Positions 1 to 10,203 of a stretch of 64,000 nt of DNA are shown here, piece by piece. A program made the translations under genes and the position numbers. The DNA is taken from contig OZ242260.1 of assembly GCA_965207065.1 (NCBI GenBank), positions 2,816,001 to 2,880,000 on the forward strand, written 5' to 3'. A model generated the notes under the pieces. That model saw nothing but the letters and a program-made list of their open reading frames with translations, had not been told where the DNA came from and searched no databases. Every line of letters starts with the position of its first letter. Positions within the stretch are counted from its first letter, which is position 1. The stretch is from a bacterium. Its GTDB lineage: Bacteria; UBA8248.

Positions 1-2
1 TT

Positions 3-218
3 CCCATCGAAGAACGCCCCGAGGAGGAGGTTCGCTCCTTCGGCGGCCGGCCCGTCGCGCCGGAGGGGGTAAGCGTCTTCAACCCCGCTTTCGACGTGAC
101 GCCCGCGCGTTTCGTGGACGCCCTGGTGACGGAGCGGGGGGTAGTGCGCCTCGCGGAAGGGGAGTCTCTCGGCCTATACTACAAGATGTCAGGTTTGCCG
201 TTTCAAAGCGAGATGTAG
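3..218 (+). CDS. mtnA: S-methyl-5-thioribose-1-phosphate isomerase (eIF-2B-like family), C-terminal part, truncated by window edge
   Basis: Manual translation [56 protein letters not shown]...TERG is the family C-terminal motif. Confidence 0.85.
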   Translation, partial: PIEERPEEEVRSFGGRPVAPEGVSVFNPAFDVTPARFVDALVTERGVVRLAEGESLGLYYKMSGLPFQSEM

Positions 219-228
219 ACTGCTCGTG

Positions 229-258
229 TTGACTTCCGGCACGCGTGCGGGCTATAAA
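229..258 (+). promoter_or_regulatory. sigma70-type promoter for tRNA-Asp
   Basis: TTGACT-N18-TATAAA about 40 bp upstream of the tRNA. Confidence 0.55.
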
Positions 259-297
259 CCGACATTCTTCGGGCGGTTTTGAAGAGTTGTTTTCATG

Positions 298-375
298 GGG
301 GCTGTAGCGAAGTTTGGTTATCGCGCTGGCCTGTCAAGCCAGAGATCGCGGGTTCGAGTCCCGTCAGCCCCGCCA
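298..375 (+). tRNA. tRNA-Asp (GTC)
   Basis: Acceptor stem GGGGCTG/CAGCCCC, anticodon arm CTGGC-ctGTCaa-GCCAG, GGTTCGAGTCC T-arm, encoded CCA. Confidence 0.97.
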
Positions 376-688
376 CTTTCAACTCCGCTCAGAATCTTCG
401 CCTTTAAAGAGTATACAGGCGAATATGCCGCTCATTCTCATGCCGACGTCAGAATTCGGGCGAGCTTTGGTCTTCGGCGGGGTGTTGGTGTATAGTAAAT
501 TTTAATGTATTCAATTTATTTTATTTATAGATTAAATTTCGCTTTCCTACATCATGAGCGAATCATTCATGATTTACCGGCGTATGGTTTGATCGGTGTC
601 GATGGTATGTCGACGCTGTAAGACTTTGCGTCTTTTTACAACTCCTTGGGCCGTCTCAAGGAAGTCTTCTATTTCGAGGAGAAACGGA

Positions 689-1678
689 ATGAAAAGATTT
701 GTTGGTTTCGCACTGGCCGCCGCGTTCGTAGTGGGTACGTTCGTGGTGGTCGCACCGGCCGAATCGGCGACGCTGCGAATCGGCGCGCACCGCTCCATGT
801 GGGGTTCTTTCGAGATTATCGCCGACCGCATGGGCTACTGGAAGAAAGAGGGCCTCAAATACACAATCGGCCACTTCAAGCAGGGCAAACTGATGCGCAA
901 CGCCATCATCCAGGACAACCTGGATACCGGCACCACGGGTTTCTCGCCCTTCACCACGGCGATCTCCAAGGGCGCGCGGATCATGGGCATCGGCGTGACG
1001 GCGAACATGTGTGAAGCCATCAACATCATCGTGCCCGTGAAGTCGAAGGCGAAGAGCCTCAATGATCTCAAGGGCTCGGTGTTCGCCAACAAGAAGGGCA
1101 CGAGCACGGACTTCTCCTTCCAGGCCTTCGTCCTTCCCGCGTATGGCCTGAAAAGCTCCGATTTCCCGCTTCTGAGCGTCCGCGCCACCGAGCGCATCGC
1201 CGCGCTGATATCCGGCGCCGCCAAGGCGGCCATGGTCGGCGAGCCGCAGGGTGAAATCGCCCGCGAGGCCGGCTACGTCCGCTATCTTGAGGACCTCTGC
1301 AAGTACGACAACCCGAGCATGATGCACGTGGGCAACCCCCAGACCATGAAAAAACACCCCGACCTTTACTACAAATACTTCCGGGGTTGGCTGAAGGCCC
1401 ACCAGTTGGTGAAGAACGACCCCGAGAAGTACGCCAAGGTCTATACCAAAGCGTTGCAGGAAGTCGGCGACAAGGCCAAGGAGAGCACCACGCTCAAGGT
1501 CATCAAGAAGCTGAAGTCCGAATTGTACCTGAGCGATCGCGTGAGGAGCTACCTGAACAAGATGGGTGACAAGCAGAAGGAATTCGGCTGGATCAAGAGC
1601 CGCCCAGACTTCAGAAAGAGCCCGTGGCTGAATGACTCCATCCTCCGCAAGGCCGCGAAGGACATCGGCTTCAACTAG
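689..1678 (+). CDS. ABC transporter substrate-binding protein, SsuA/TauA/NMT1 family
   Basis: Signal peptide MKRFVGFALAAAF; LRIG, GTST, LISG..AAMVGEP motifs; GAGGAG RBS before ATG 689. Confidence 0.85.
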   Translation: MKRFVGFALAAAFVVGTFVVVAPAESATLRIGAHRSMWGSFEIIADRMGYWKKEGLKYTIGHFKQGKLMRNAIIQDNLDTGTTGFSPFTTAISKGARIMGIGVTANMCEAINIIVPVKSKAKSLNDLKGSVFANKKGTSTDFSFQAFVLPAYGLKSSDFPLLSVRATERIAALISGAAKAAMVGEPQGEIAREAGYVRYLEDLCKYDNPSMMHVGNPQTMKKHPDLYYKYFRGWLKAHQLVKNDPEKYAKVYTKALQEVGDKAKESTTLKVIKKLKSELYLSDRVRSYLNKMGDKQKEFGWIKSRPDFRKSPWLNDSILRKAAKDIGFN

Positions 1679-1698
1679 GCGACACGTATACGCAAGAC

Positions 1699-1748
1699 GC
1701 AAAACAAAAGCCCCCGGGAGTATCCGCTCCCGGGGGCTTTTGTTTTGC
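1699..1748. terminator. Bidirectional rho-independent terminator
   Basis: Perfect hairpin GCAAAACAAAAGCCCCCGGGAG-tatccg-CTCCCGGGGGCTTTTGTTTTGC. Confidence 0.85.
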
Positions 1749-1775
1749 TGGAGCCGGATGATCACGCCCTGGATC

Positions 1776-2089
1776 GGGTTGTTGAAAACGCCTTCATCGG
1801 TCGGGGTCGCGGTATTCGGTAGTCAGACAGGCTCCCGTGTTTGTCCGAGGTCGCTGTAGGGACAGGTTGTCCCTACGGGCTCACCTCCCGCCGTCATTCC
1901 GGCGGCGCCAAATTCCGAGTGAGGAGAGGTTTTTCAACAACCCCAAGTAGAGGGTTTGTAGGGACAGGCCCCTGTGCCTGTCCGAGGCATCCGGACCTCT
2001 TCTTGCAAAGCGCAACCGCTGGGATGGAATGGAAATACAAATACGGGTGGACATAGAGGTTCATGGCGGCCACGGAGGGCCGCCCCTAC
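1776..2089. repeat. MITE-like element (TIR GGGTTGTTGAAAA/TTTTCAACAACCC, 1776-1943) with GTAGGG...CCCTAC REP-like palindromes
   Basis: 13-bp terminal inverted repeats; GTAGGGACAGG motifs at 1856 and 1958 recur at 43252 and 47566. Confidence 0.7.
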
Positions 2090-2189
2090 GGAAGCTCCAC
2101 CGCCTTTTGAAACCAATCCCCCACAGGGGGCTATTTCCTGTATCTGTGGGTAGTAGAAGGTGCGCGCAGGACTCATCCTCCCGAAACAT

Positions 2190-2222
2190 AAAAAAACCGG
2201 GCGCGACTCTCGTCGCGCCCGG
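2190..2222 (-). terminator. Rho-independent terminator of the permease operon
   Basis: CCGGGCGCGAC-loop-GTCGCGCCCGG followed by a T-run on the minus strand. Confidence 0.75.
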
Positions 2223-2248
2223 CAGGTAAGCGTTTGTATTTGTTCTGG

Positions 2249-3175
2249 TTACACTTTTTTGTCCTGCGCGCCCATCGCCTCCATCATACCCCAGCGGATG
2301 ACGGTGCGGCTCTCGATGGGCTGGAAGAGCGCCTTCTCGAGAATGAAGCCGAAAAGCCCAAGTACGGAAAGAGCAACCATCATGAACGCGATGTCGAGGT
2401 ATTCCTGCGCGTCGAAAATGCCGGCGGAAAGTCCCCAGCGGATGCCCGCGAACGCCTCCGCCCCCACGCCGGCGCGCCAGGCGCGCGCCAATCCGATGCG
2501 CAGACCGCTCAGAATCATCGGGAGCGAGCCGGGCAGGACGACGGTGCGGAAAATCGTCATCTTGTCCGCGTTCATCGACTGGGCCGCGCGTATCCATACC
2601 GGGTTCACGGTTTTCACCCCCGTCCAGACCGCCATGGCGATGGGCAGGAACGAGGCGAAGGCCGTGATGACGATGACCGTCTGATCTCCGATGCCCGACC
2701 AGATGACGACGATGGGTGTCCACGCGATGGCCGGAATCGGCAGCAACACGGAGAGAAGCGGCACGAAGAACGATTCCCAGAAAGCGAAGCGTCCCATCAA
2801 GATTCCCACGATGGTGCCCACGATGGCGGCGATAAAGAACGAGAACGGAAGGCGCCACGCGGTGTTGAGCGTATGGAGCAGAATCGGGCTCTCAAAAAGT
2901 TTCCAGATCTGATCCATGATTCCCAGGTTCGGGTTCTCGGCCAATGCACGGAACAGGGGATCGGTGACGAGTTCCCATGCCCTGAAGACAATCGCGTCCA
3001 CGGTGGGGAAGAGCCTGCCCTGGTTGCCCTGGGCCTGCATGGCGGCGACTTGCCAGATGGCGAGGATGACGATGAACGGGTAGATCGGCCTGAGCTTCAC
3101 CCAAATGGGCGACCTCACCTCTTTTTTCTTCTCGTCCAACGATGGAGGAACAGGCGTTGCCTCGGTTGTCTGCAT
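2249..3175 (-). CDS. ABC transporter permease, SsuC/TauC family
   Basis: PIPAIAWTP and EAA-like loop RAAQSMNA...VVLPGSLPMILSGLRIG. Confidence 0.9.
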   Translation of the reverse strand: MQTTEATPVPPSLDEKKKEVRSPIWVKLRPIYPFIVILAIWQVAAMQAQGNQGRLFPTVDAIVFRAWELVTDPLFRALAENPNLGIMDQIWKLFESPILLHTLNTAWRLPFSFFIAAIVGTIVGILMGRFAFWESFFVPLLSVLLPIPAIAWTPIVVIWSGIGDQTVIVITAFASFLPIAMAVWTGVKTVNPVWIRAAQSMNADKMTIFRTVVLPGSLPMILSGLRIGLARAWRAGVGAEAFAGIRWGLSAGIFDAQEYLDIAFMMVALSVLGLFGFILEKALFQPIESRTVIRWGMMEAMGAQDKKV

Positions 3176-3188
3176 GGATAATTCCTCT

Positions 3189-3935
3189 CTAAAAATCGCG
3201 AATCAAATCGTTCACGTGTTTTTGCAGTTTGATGAACTCGGGCGCGAGGTCGTCGCGGGGCCTGGGTAGATCGACTCTCACGATCTCGCGGATTCTCCCC
3301 GGATTCGGTACAAACACGACGATCCGGTTCCCGAGATAGACGGCTTCGCTCAGGTTGTGCGTGACATAGAGGATCGTCTTTTTCGTCTTCTGCCATACGT
3401 CGACGGTCAACTCCTGCAACTCCTCGCGCGTCTGGGCGTCGAGCGCGCCGAAGGGCTCGTCCATCAGTAGGATTTGCGGGTCGAACGCCATGGCTCTCGC
3501 CACCGCCACGCGCTGGCGCATACCGCCCGAGAGGTTGTGGGGAAAGAAATCGGCAAATTCCTCGAGGCGGACGAGACGAAGAAACTCGAACGCGATTTCT
3601 CTGCGCTCCTTCTCGGGGAAGTTTCTGATCTCGAGGCCGTATTCCACGTTCTGTCTGGCCGTGCGCCACGGGAAGAGGGCGTATTCCTGGAACACGACGC
3701 CCTTGTCGTAGTCCTGGGTGAGCGTTTTTCCGTCCATGGTGATTGTGCCCGCGGTGATCTCGACGAAGCCGGCGAGCATGTTCAGCAGCGTCGTTTTTCC
3801 GCAGCCCGAAAGCCCCACGAGGCAGATGAACTCGCCGTCCTCGATGTTGAGGGTCACATCCTCGAGAGCGTGGACTCTTCTTTCGGGTGTGTCATAGATT
3901 TTTCTCAAATTCTGAATCGATATTTTGGTTACCAT
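3189..3935 (-). CDS. ABC transporter ATP-binding protein, SsuB/TauB family
   Basis: Walker A GLSGCGKT, LSGGMRQR, LLMDEPFGALD. Confidence 0.93.
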   Translation of the reverse strand: MVTKISIQNLRKIYDTPERRVHALEDVTLNIEDGEFICLVGLSGCGKTTLLNMLAGFVEITAGTITMDGKTLTQDYDKGVVFQEYALFPWRTARQNVEYGLEIRNFPEKERREIAFEFLRLVRLEEFADFFPHNLSGGMRQRVAVARAMAFDPQILLMDEPFGALDAQTREELQELTVDVWQKTKKTILYVTHNLSEAVYLGNRIVVFVPNPGRIREIVRVDLPRPRDDLAPEFIKLQKHVNDLIRDF

Positions 3936-4221
3936 AAATAATAGTATTCCCAATATGATGAAAGACATAGCCTTTCGGGTGAATTGAAATCGAAACGAAG
4001 CAGGATGATTCTAGCAAATACATAACGAGAGAGAAACCGCAATTATACTTTCACGATGATTTGTAATAATCTCATGTTCGTTCATCTATGTTGATGAGTG
4101 GCTCACAGCCAAAAAGTATTGATATTGCTTGAGATTTGGGTGTATCCCCAAGTCATGTGAATATTGGTTTGCTCCGTATGCCGGGATGAATCCCGGGCGG
4201 GAATACCGGAAAGGGTTCTTG

Positions 4222-5445
4222 ATGGATGGTCGACTTCCGCTGGAGGGGCTTCGGATACTGGCGGTGGAGCAGTTCGGCGCGGGGCCGCTGGCCTCGCAAC
4301 TGTTGGCGGACATGGGGGCCGAGGTCCTGAAAATCGAGGACCACGCCGTGGGCGGCGATTCCGCGCGGCCCGTCCCCCCGTATGCCCTGCCGGACAACGA
4401 CAGCTATTATTTCCAGTCCTTCAACCGCAACAAGAAGAGCGTCGCGCTTAGGATTCGCACGCCCGAGGGCAAGGCCATACTGCGAAGACTCGTGCCGAAA
4501 GCGGATGCGCTCTATGCGAATTGCCGGGGTGATGCGCCGGAGAAACTCGAATTAACATATAAACACTTAAGCCCCTACAACGAGAAAATCGTGTGCTGTT
4601 TCCTCTCAGGCTACGGGATGACGGGACCCAGAGCGCCCGAGCCGGCCTATGACTACCTCATGCAGGCCTATGCGGGCATCATGGACCTGACGGGAGAGCC
4701 CGACGGTCCCCCCACCAAGGCGGGCGTGAGTTTCGTGGATTTCTCGGGCGGGTTCATATCGCTCGTCGGCCTGCTGGCCGCGTTGTGGGAGGCGAACCGC
4801 ACCGGCAAGGGCAGGGACGTAGACGTTGCGCTCATGGACGGCGCCCTGGTTCAGCTTGCGTACATGGCCACCTGGGCGCTCAACTGCGGCTACGTGCCGC
4901 AAAAATTCTCCCGAAGCGCGCATCCCTCGATGGTGCCCGCGCAGAATTTCGAGACCAAAGACGGCTGGATAAGCGTGCTTTGCCTGAAACAGAGTTTCTT
5001 CCCCATCCTCGTCGAGCGCATGGGGATGCCGGCGCTGGCCGAGGACCCGCGCTTCAAGCTGGCGCAGGATCGTTTCGAGAACCGGGTAGTTCTGCTGGAT
5101 ATTCTCGAAAGGGCGTTTCAGGAAAAGACGAACGCGGAGTGGACCGACCTGCTCCAGGGCCACGTTCCCTTCGCGCCGGTGAACACCGTGGCGCAGGCGA
5201 TGGAAGACCCCCAGATTCTGGCGCGGGACATGATTGTCGAGATGGAGCACCCCGCGGCGGGGACGATGAAGGTACTGGGGCCGCCCATCAGGCTGCCGGG
5301 CGCGGATATGAAGTACAAGCGGGCGCCTTATCTGGGCGAGCACACGAGAGAGGTTCTGGGCGATCTGCTCGGTATGGAGGATGACGAACTCGAGGTCTTG
5401 AGAGAGAAAAATATCGTATCCTGGAACACTCCGCCTGAGGGGTAG
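4222..5445 (+). CDS. CoA-transferase family III (CaiB/BaiF)
   Basis: PLEGLRIL, AGP...LADMGAEVLKIE, NRNKKS, APYLGEHT motifs. Confidence 0.93.
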   Translation: MDGRLPLEGLRILAVEQFGAGPLASQLLADMGAEVLKIEDHAVGGDSARPVPPYALPDNDSYYFQSFNRNKKSVALRIRTPEGKAILRRLVPKADALYANCRGDAPEKLELTYKHLSPYNEKIVCCFLSGYGMTGPRAPEPAYDYLMQAYAGIMDLTGEPDGPPTKAGVSFVDFSGGFISLVGLLAALWEANRTGKGRDVDVALMDGALVQLAYMATWALNCGYVPQKFSRSAHPSMVPAQNFETKDGWISVLCLKQSFFPILVERMGMPALAEDPRFKLAQDRFENRVVLLDILERAFQEKTNAEWTDLLQGHVPFAPVNTVAQAMEDPQILARDMIVEMEHPAAGTMKVLGPPIRLPGADMKYKRAPYLGEHTREVLGDLLGMEDDELEVLREKNIVSWNTPPEG

Positions 5446-5500
5446 CGCGCAGGACAGAGAGAATATTCCGGGTTTCATTCACATTATTGGAGGTGATCTC

Positions 5501-5929
5501 ATGGCGGATTTGCCTGTACCGCAAGTCGTAAATTCCCTGGACGTGGACGAGGACAAGGCCTATGAGCCGCCCTACGATATTCGCTGGGGCGTGAACCAGG
5601 AGACGACGGGGACGGATACCATCACGATGGGGAGAACCATCATCCCGCCCCGGGGCCGCAACGCGCTGCACTATCATAAAAACTGCGACACCACGATCTA
5701 CGTGGTGAAAGGCCCCATCAACATTTACTGGAAAGATGGGGAAGAGATCGAAAGAAAGGAAATACCCGTCGGCCACTTCGTCTATTTCCCCTGCGGGTGC
5801 ATTCACGGGCAGGAGAACCCGAGCACGGACGGACCGGCGGAGTTGATTTTCACCTACGGCGGAATGCCCAACAAGGAAGCGGCCGGCACGACGTTCGTGG
5901 ACGACCCGAGAGACCCGCTGAGAGACTAG
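5501..5929 (+). CDS. Cupin domain protein
   Basis: LHYH...IYVVKG...[12 protein letters not shown] cupin motifs; GGAGG RBS. Confidence 0.85.
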   Translation: MADLPVPQVVNSLDVDEDKAYEPPYDIRWGVNQETTGTDTITMGRTIIPPRGRNALHYHKNCDTTIYVVKGPINIYWKDGEEIERKEIPVGHFVYFPCGCIHGQENPSTDGPAELIFTYGGMPNKEAAGTTFVDDPRDPLRD

Positions 5930-5984
5930 CTTTCGCTTTTCCGGGGCGCTTTCCATCCGTTCGCCATCGACCGAGAATGAGGAG

Positions 5985-6881
5985 ATGAGAACACGCATGT
6001 TTTCCCCACGATTCCTCGTTTGTCTGCTCCTCACATGCTTCCTGGGCGTCACCGGCTCGTTCGTTCATGGACAGCAGGCCAGGAAGAAAATTTCCGGCTT
6101 CGACGGCGCTACGCTGGTGCACGTGCCCCCGGGCTGGTTCGTGATGGGCAGCAAACACGGCGACAAGGACGAGCGCCCGCCCCGGAAAATCTTCGTGCCG
6201 GGTTTCTGGATCGGCGAGACCGAGGCGACGGCGGAGCGCTTCGCGCGCTTCGTCTCCCAAACGGGCTACAAGACGACGGCCGAGAAGCGGAAATGGTCCT
6301 GGACCTGGGACGCTTCCTTGAGGAAGGGAAAGGGCGGCTGGCGAAAGACGAAGGATGCGAATTGGCGCCGGCCCGAAGGTCCGAAGTCGAACTGGAAAAG
6401 CGTTCCGAAACAACCCGTCTCGCACGTGAGCTGGCCCGACGCGGAAGCCTATTGCCAGTGGGCGGGCAGGCGCCTGCCGACCGAGGCGGAATGGGAGCAC
6501 GCGGCGCGCGGGGGGGACGGAAGACGCTACCCCTGGGGCAAGGCGCGCGACGCGATGAGAGCCAACCTGAAAGGGGGAAAGGACGGATTCCCCGGCGTCG
6601 CCCCCGTGGGCCGCTTTCCGAAAGGCGCGAGCCCGTTCGGGGCGCTCGACATGTCCGGCAACGTCTGGGAGTGGGTGGCCGACCGCTATGGATCGAGAGC
6701 CTATAAGAAAATGGCCGAGCGCGACCCGCACGGCCCTGCAAAAGGAAAAACCAGAGTCGTTCGCGGCGCGTCCTGGGGTAGTCCGGTCGCCTGGGCCACG
6801 GCGCACAACCGCTACCACCGCCCGCCCGATTATACGAACAACAAGATCGGCTTTCGCTGCGCCACGGGTGAGGGTGGTTGA
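5985..6881 (+). CDS. Formylglycine-generating-enzyme (FGE-sulfatase) domain protein, exported
   Basis: [41 protein letters not shown]-terminal signal peptide. Confidence 0.9.
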   Translation: MRTRMFSPRFLVCLLLTCFLGVTGSFVHGQQARKKISGFDGATLVHVPPGWFVMGSKHGDKDERPPRKIFVPGFWIGETEATAERFARFVSQTGYKTTAEKRKWSWTWDASLRKGKGGWRKTKDANWRRPEGPKSNWKSVPKQPVSHVSWPDAEAYCQWAGRRLPTEAEWEHAARGGDGRRYPWGKARDAMRANLKGGKDGFPGVAPVGRFPKGASPFGALDMSGNVWEWVADRYGSRAYKKMAERDPHGPAKGKTRVVRGASWGSPVAWATAHNRYHRPPDYTNNKIGFRCATGEGG

Positions 6882-7070
6882 TAGGGCCTTCGCTGCATGG
6901 GAATGAGCGGCGGTGAGGGGATGAAAGCAAAGCTGCGCGTGCGAGAGGGCGAATATCATGGCCGGAGACGCACGACGCGATTGTCCATAAGCGGCAAACG
7001 CAGAATACACGCTGCAGATGGCTTGCGACTCGTCAGGAATAGAGCAGGAAAATCAGACTGAGCACCGTCT

Positions 7071-7331
7071 TTATTTCGACGTTCTTTCAATCAGGGCTTC
7101 CAGCGCTCTCATACTTTCTCGGTGACGGGCATCCAGAGCGGCCATAGTTTGCTCATGCCAGCGCTTGCTTTCCTCGTGCAGGCGCTGGCTTTGTTCTTCC
7201 CTTCTCTCTGTGCCGCGTTGCATCAGCCTCAGCCCGTACCAGATGAGCGCGCATTGTCCGACGCCCACGATGAGCGATATGAAGGCGTGAACTGCAGAAA
7301 TCCAGAGCGTAAGTATTTCGAATTCCGTCAT
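7071..7331 (-). CDS. Small membrane/coiled-coil hypothetical protein (paralog 1)
   Basis: GGAGAGG RBS; hydrophobic segment plus HRESMRALEALIERT tail shared with 7557-7808. Confidence 0.75.
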   Translation of the reverse strand: MTEFEILTLWISAVHAFISLIVGVGQCALIWYGLRLMQRGTERREEQSQRLHEESKRWHEQTMAALDARHRESMRALEALIERTSK

Positions 7332-7556
7332 CTTTTCCTCTCCGCGGGTCTGGATTGGGAGTGGAGTAGTTTTTCAAATATGACGCACAGAGAAGGATAA
7401 ATCAACGTCCGCCTTCGCTCGCATCATGTCATTCGTTCGGATTGCCCCGGAAGAATGGGTTGCGCCACCGGGATGATGGACTGACGCCGCGCGAGAGGCG
7501 CGTGCATCAAGAAAATGCCGAGGGAAATCAGACGGAGCGCCGGTTTTTTTCTCCGC

Positions 7557-7808
7557 TCACTTCGACGTTCTCTCAATCAGGGCTTCCAGGGCTCTCATGC
7601 TTTCGCGGTGGCGGGTGTCCAGAGCGGCCATGGTTTCTTCATGCTGCTTGTCTCTGGCTGCCGAAGCGCGGCTCATCTGTTTCAGCCCATACAAAATGAG
7701 AAAACACTGAACGCTGCCCACGATGAGCGATATGAAGGCGTGAACTGCAGAAATCCAGAGGCCAATACGTGATAGTTCGAGCGTCGCTAATTCAAATTGC
7801 GTCATCAT
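7557..7808 (-). CDS. Small membrane/coiled-coil hypothetical protein (paralog 2)
   Basis: Tandem paralog of 7071-7331 including upstream DNA. Confidence 0.75.
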   Translation of the reverse strand: MMTQFELATLELSRIGLWISAVHAFISLIVGSVQCFLILYGLKQMSRASAARDKQHEETMAALDTRHRESMRALEALIERTSK

Positions 7809-7997
7809 TTCCTCTCCGCGGGTCTGAATTGGGAGTGGAGTAGCCTCTCGAATATGAAGGATGGTGGAGGATAAAGCAACTTTCGCCGTTGCTCGTATTA
7901 CGATTATCGTTCTGGATGTGCGACGGTCTTCATTTTGTGGAAATTCTTGCCGACCTATTCGTCGGGCGCAGGGTCGCCGCTATCTGAGCAAAAACCC

Positions 7998-8963
7998 TCA
8001 ATTCGTCGGCGCGGGTGGCACGACGAGCACGCCGTGCGCCCCGTTTCCCACGCGGATTGTCCTGATGTTGCGGTGTGATTTCGCGTCCATCACGAACACT
8101 TCTTTCGAATCGCGGTTCGTCACGTAGGCGAGCGCGCCGTCGGGCGTGAAGGCGATGAGGTCGGGCCGTATGCCCTGCTTCACGCTGGCGACGCGCTTTT
8201 GCGAGGGAAGCGAGAAGACCGACACGCGGTTTTTGTGCGGGAGGGTGACGTAGAGGAACTTCCCGTCCGGCGTGATGAGGGTGTCGTGCGGCTCGCCGGA
8301 GAGTTTGATGGTGCGGATGATTTCCAGGGTATCGAGGTCGACCACGCTGTAGGAGTTCCGCTCCCCGTTCATAACGTAGAGCCTTTTGCCGTCGGGCGTC
8401 ACGTCGATTCCCTCGATGTAGTGGCCCGCCTCGATTTGTTTGACGGGCTTTCTCGTATCGAGATCGACAACGGAGACGTCCTCGCTGAGCTCATTCGCCA
8501 CGAAGGCCCGGCGGCCGTCGGGGCTCAGCTTGATGTTCACCGGGTTGTTGCCGCCGTGCTTGATGAGGCCGATGACCTTGCGCGCCGCGACGTCGAGGAT
8601 CGTCACGTTGTCCGAATATGTGTTCACGAAATAGGCGCGCTCGCCGTCGGGGGAGAACGCCAGGTTGTAGGGGTCGCGCCCCGCGCGTACGCGGCGGACG
8701 AACTTGAGCGTATGCGTGTCGAAAACGCGCACGAAGGCGCTGCCGTCGTTGATGACGTAAGCGTGGCGCCCGTCGGGCGCGAGGGAGAGACGGTTCGCCT
8801 TCCTGCCCGCGGGGATCGTTGTGATGACCTCATGCGAATTGCGCGAGATGACGCTCAGCGTGCCGTCGCGCGTGTTCGTGACCAGAATCCGCTCGCCCGC
8901 CGCAAGCGCGCTGGCGGGAGCCAACAGCAGAAAAATGATGAGTGTGGTGACCGCTTTGTACAT
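7998..8963 (-). CDS. Exported YVTN/YncE-type beta-propeller protein
   Basis: Signal peptide and repeated (S/T)PDG..(A/L)YV.N blades. Confidence 0.88.
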   Translation of the reverse strand: MYKAVTTLIIFLLLAPASALAAGERILVTNTRDGTLSVISRNSHEVITTIPAGRKANRLSLAPDGRHAYVINDGSAFVRVFDTHTLKFVRRVRAGRDPYNLAFSPDGERAYFVNTYSDNVTILDVAARKVIGLIKHGGNNPVNIKLSPDGRRAFVANELSEDVSVVDLDTRKPVKQIEAGHYIEGIDVTPDGKRLYVMNGERNSYSVVDLDTLEIIRTIKLSGEPHDTLITPDGKFLYVTLPHKNRVSVFSLPSQKRVASVKQGIRPDLIAFTPDGALAYVTNRDSKEVFVMDAKSHRNIRTIRVGNGAHGVLVVPPAPTN

Positions 8964-8974
8964 GATGGAGGAAC

Positions 8975-9412
8975 CTACCGGCCTTGTTGCTTCAAAAACG
9001 CCTCTTTCGCCCTGGGGTCGAAGCGGCAATTGCACATATTGCGGATCAGGGCCACCAAATCACGAATCTCTCGTTTTGTAAACACGTTGCCCCAGGGCGG
9101 CATGATGGGGGAGAGGTCGCTCGCCCCGCCCCCGTGGGTGATGGTGCGCACCATGTCCTCGTCCGAGAACTGGGCCATGTCCTTCCCGTCGGTGAGATTG
9201 CGGGGGCTCACGGGAAGCTTCTTGGTGTTGTTCACCCCCTTGCCGTCTCCCTTGGGGCCGTGGCACTGGATGCAGTACCAGCGGAAATTCTCCGCAGCGC
9301 TCACGCGGCTTGCGGACTCCTCCGCGCCTGCAAGCAAGGGCGCGCCCGCCGCGACGGCGATGATGCAAGCGGATATGAACAATCCACCGATGAGACGTGA
9401 TGAACGCTTCAT
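8975..9412 (-). CDS. Monoheme c-type cytochrome
   Basis: Signal peptide, CIQCH, distal MPPWG. Confidence 0.88.
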   Translation of the reverse strand: MKRSSRLIGGLFISACIIAVAAGAPLLAGAEESASRVSAAENFRWYCIQCHGPKGDGKGVNNTKKLPVSPRNLTDGKDMAQFSDEDMVRTITHGGGASDLSPIMPPWGNVFTKREIRDLVALIRNMCNCRFDPRAKEAFLKQQGR

Positions 9413-10128
9413 TTGAAACTCGCGATATAGGCGGCGAGAGCGATGAAATCCTTCTCGCTCAGCCGGGTGAACGGCTTATCCCCGTACACCGGCATTCTGC
9501 CGTTGGGGTTGTAGCGCGCAGGTTTTTTGAGGAAAGCCACGATGAAATCGGGGTTCAGCCGGCGTCCCGCATCCTTGAAATGGGGCGCGCTGTGGCCGCC
9601 GACCTCAATTCGAGTCCGGTAGACCGTTTTTCGTATCGCGACCATATGGCACGAATAACACGGCTGTTTTTTCTGAAACAGTATCCTCGCGCGCCTGAGC
9701 ACTTTTCTGGGGATTTTCTTCCATCGCGGAACGACGCCCACCGGCATTTGCGGGTCTTTTAAGCTCTCCAGATAGGCTGCGACCTTGGCCGCATCTTTTT
9801 CTGCAAGGACGGGATGCGGGTATTTCCCCCGCTTCATGGCGCCGTAGATGACGCCGCGAAAAGGTTCCGGCTTGGCCAGCCATTGCGCCAGAAAGCCGGG
9901 CCGGAACTTGCTGCCCGCATACCAGAGCGTGGGGCCTTTGATCCCGTGGCGTGCAGGCGGGGGGATCCTGTTTTCAGGGCCTTTGCGGGTGTGACAGCTT
10001 CCGCAGTTGTTATTCTGAAAGAGCGCCTTTCCCTCATCGAACTCCGCACCTTGCGAGGCAGTAGGCGCAAGCAGGAGAAAGCAAATTCCCGCGAACGCGA
10101 GGGGAAGCGTCTTGTTGATGCGTTTCAT
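9409..10128 (-). CDS. Diheme c-type cytochrome
   Basis: Signal peptide, CGSCH and CYSCH, RMPVY. Confidence 0.85.
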   Translation of the reverse strand: MKRINKTLPLAFAGICFLLLAPTASQGAEFDEGKALFQNNNCGSCHTRKGPENRIPPPARHGIKGPTLWYAGSKFRPGFLAQWLAKPEPFRGVIYGAMKRGKYPHPVLAEKDAAKVAAYLESLKDPQMPVGVVPRWKKIPRKVLRRARILFQKKQPCYSCHMVAIRKTVYRTRIEVGGHSAPHFKDAGRRLNPDFIVAFLKKPARYNPNGRMPVYGDKPFTRLSEKDFIALAAYIASFK

Positions 10129-10203
10129 CCAGATAGTCTCGTAATCTTCTAGATAGTTTCGCTAGTCTCGGGCGGTCGCGTCGTGAAGTTTGCCGAAAAA
10201 GCC

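Noticed and set aside
298-700. Integrative element at tRNA-Asp or tRNA-Ala
   Set aside because: No integrase and no duplicated tRNA 3' end seen in the window
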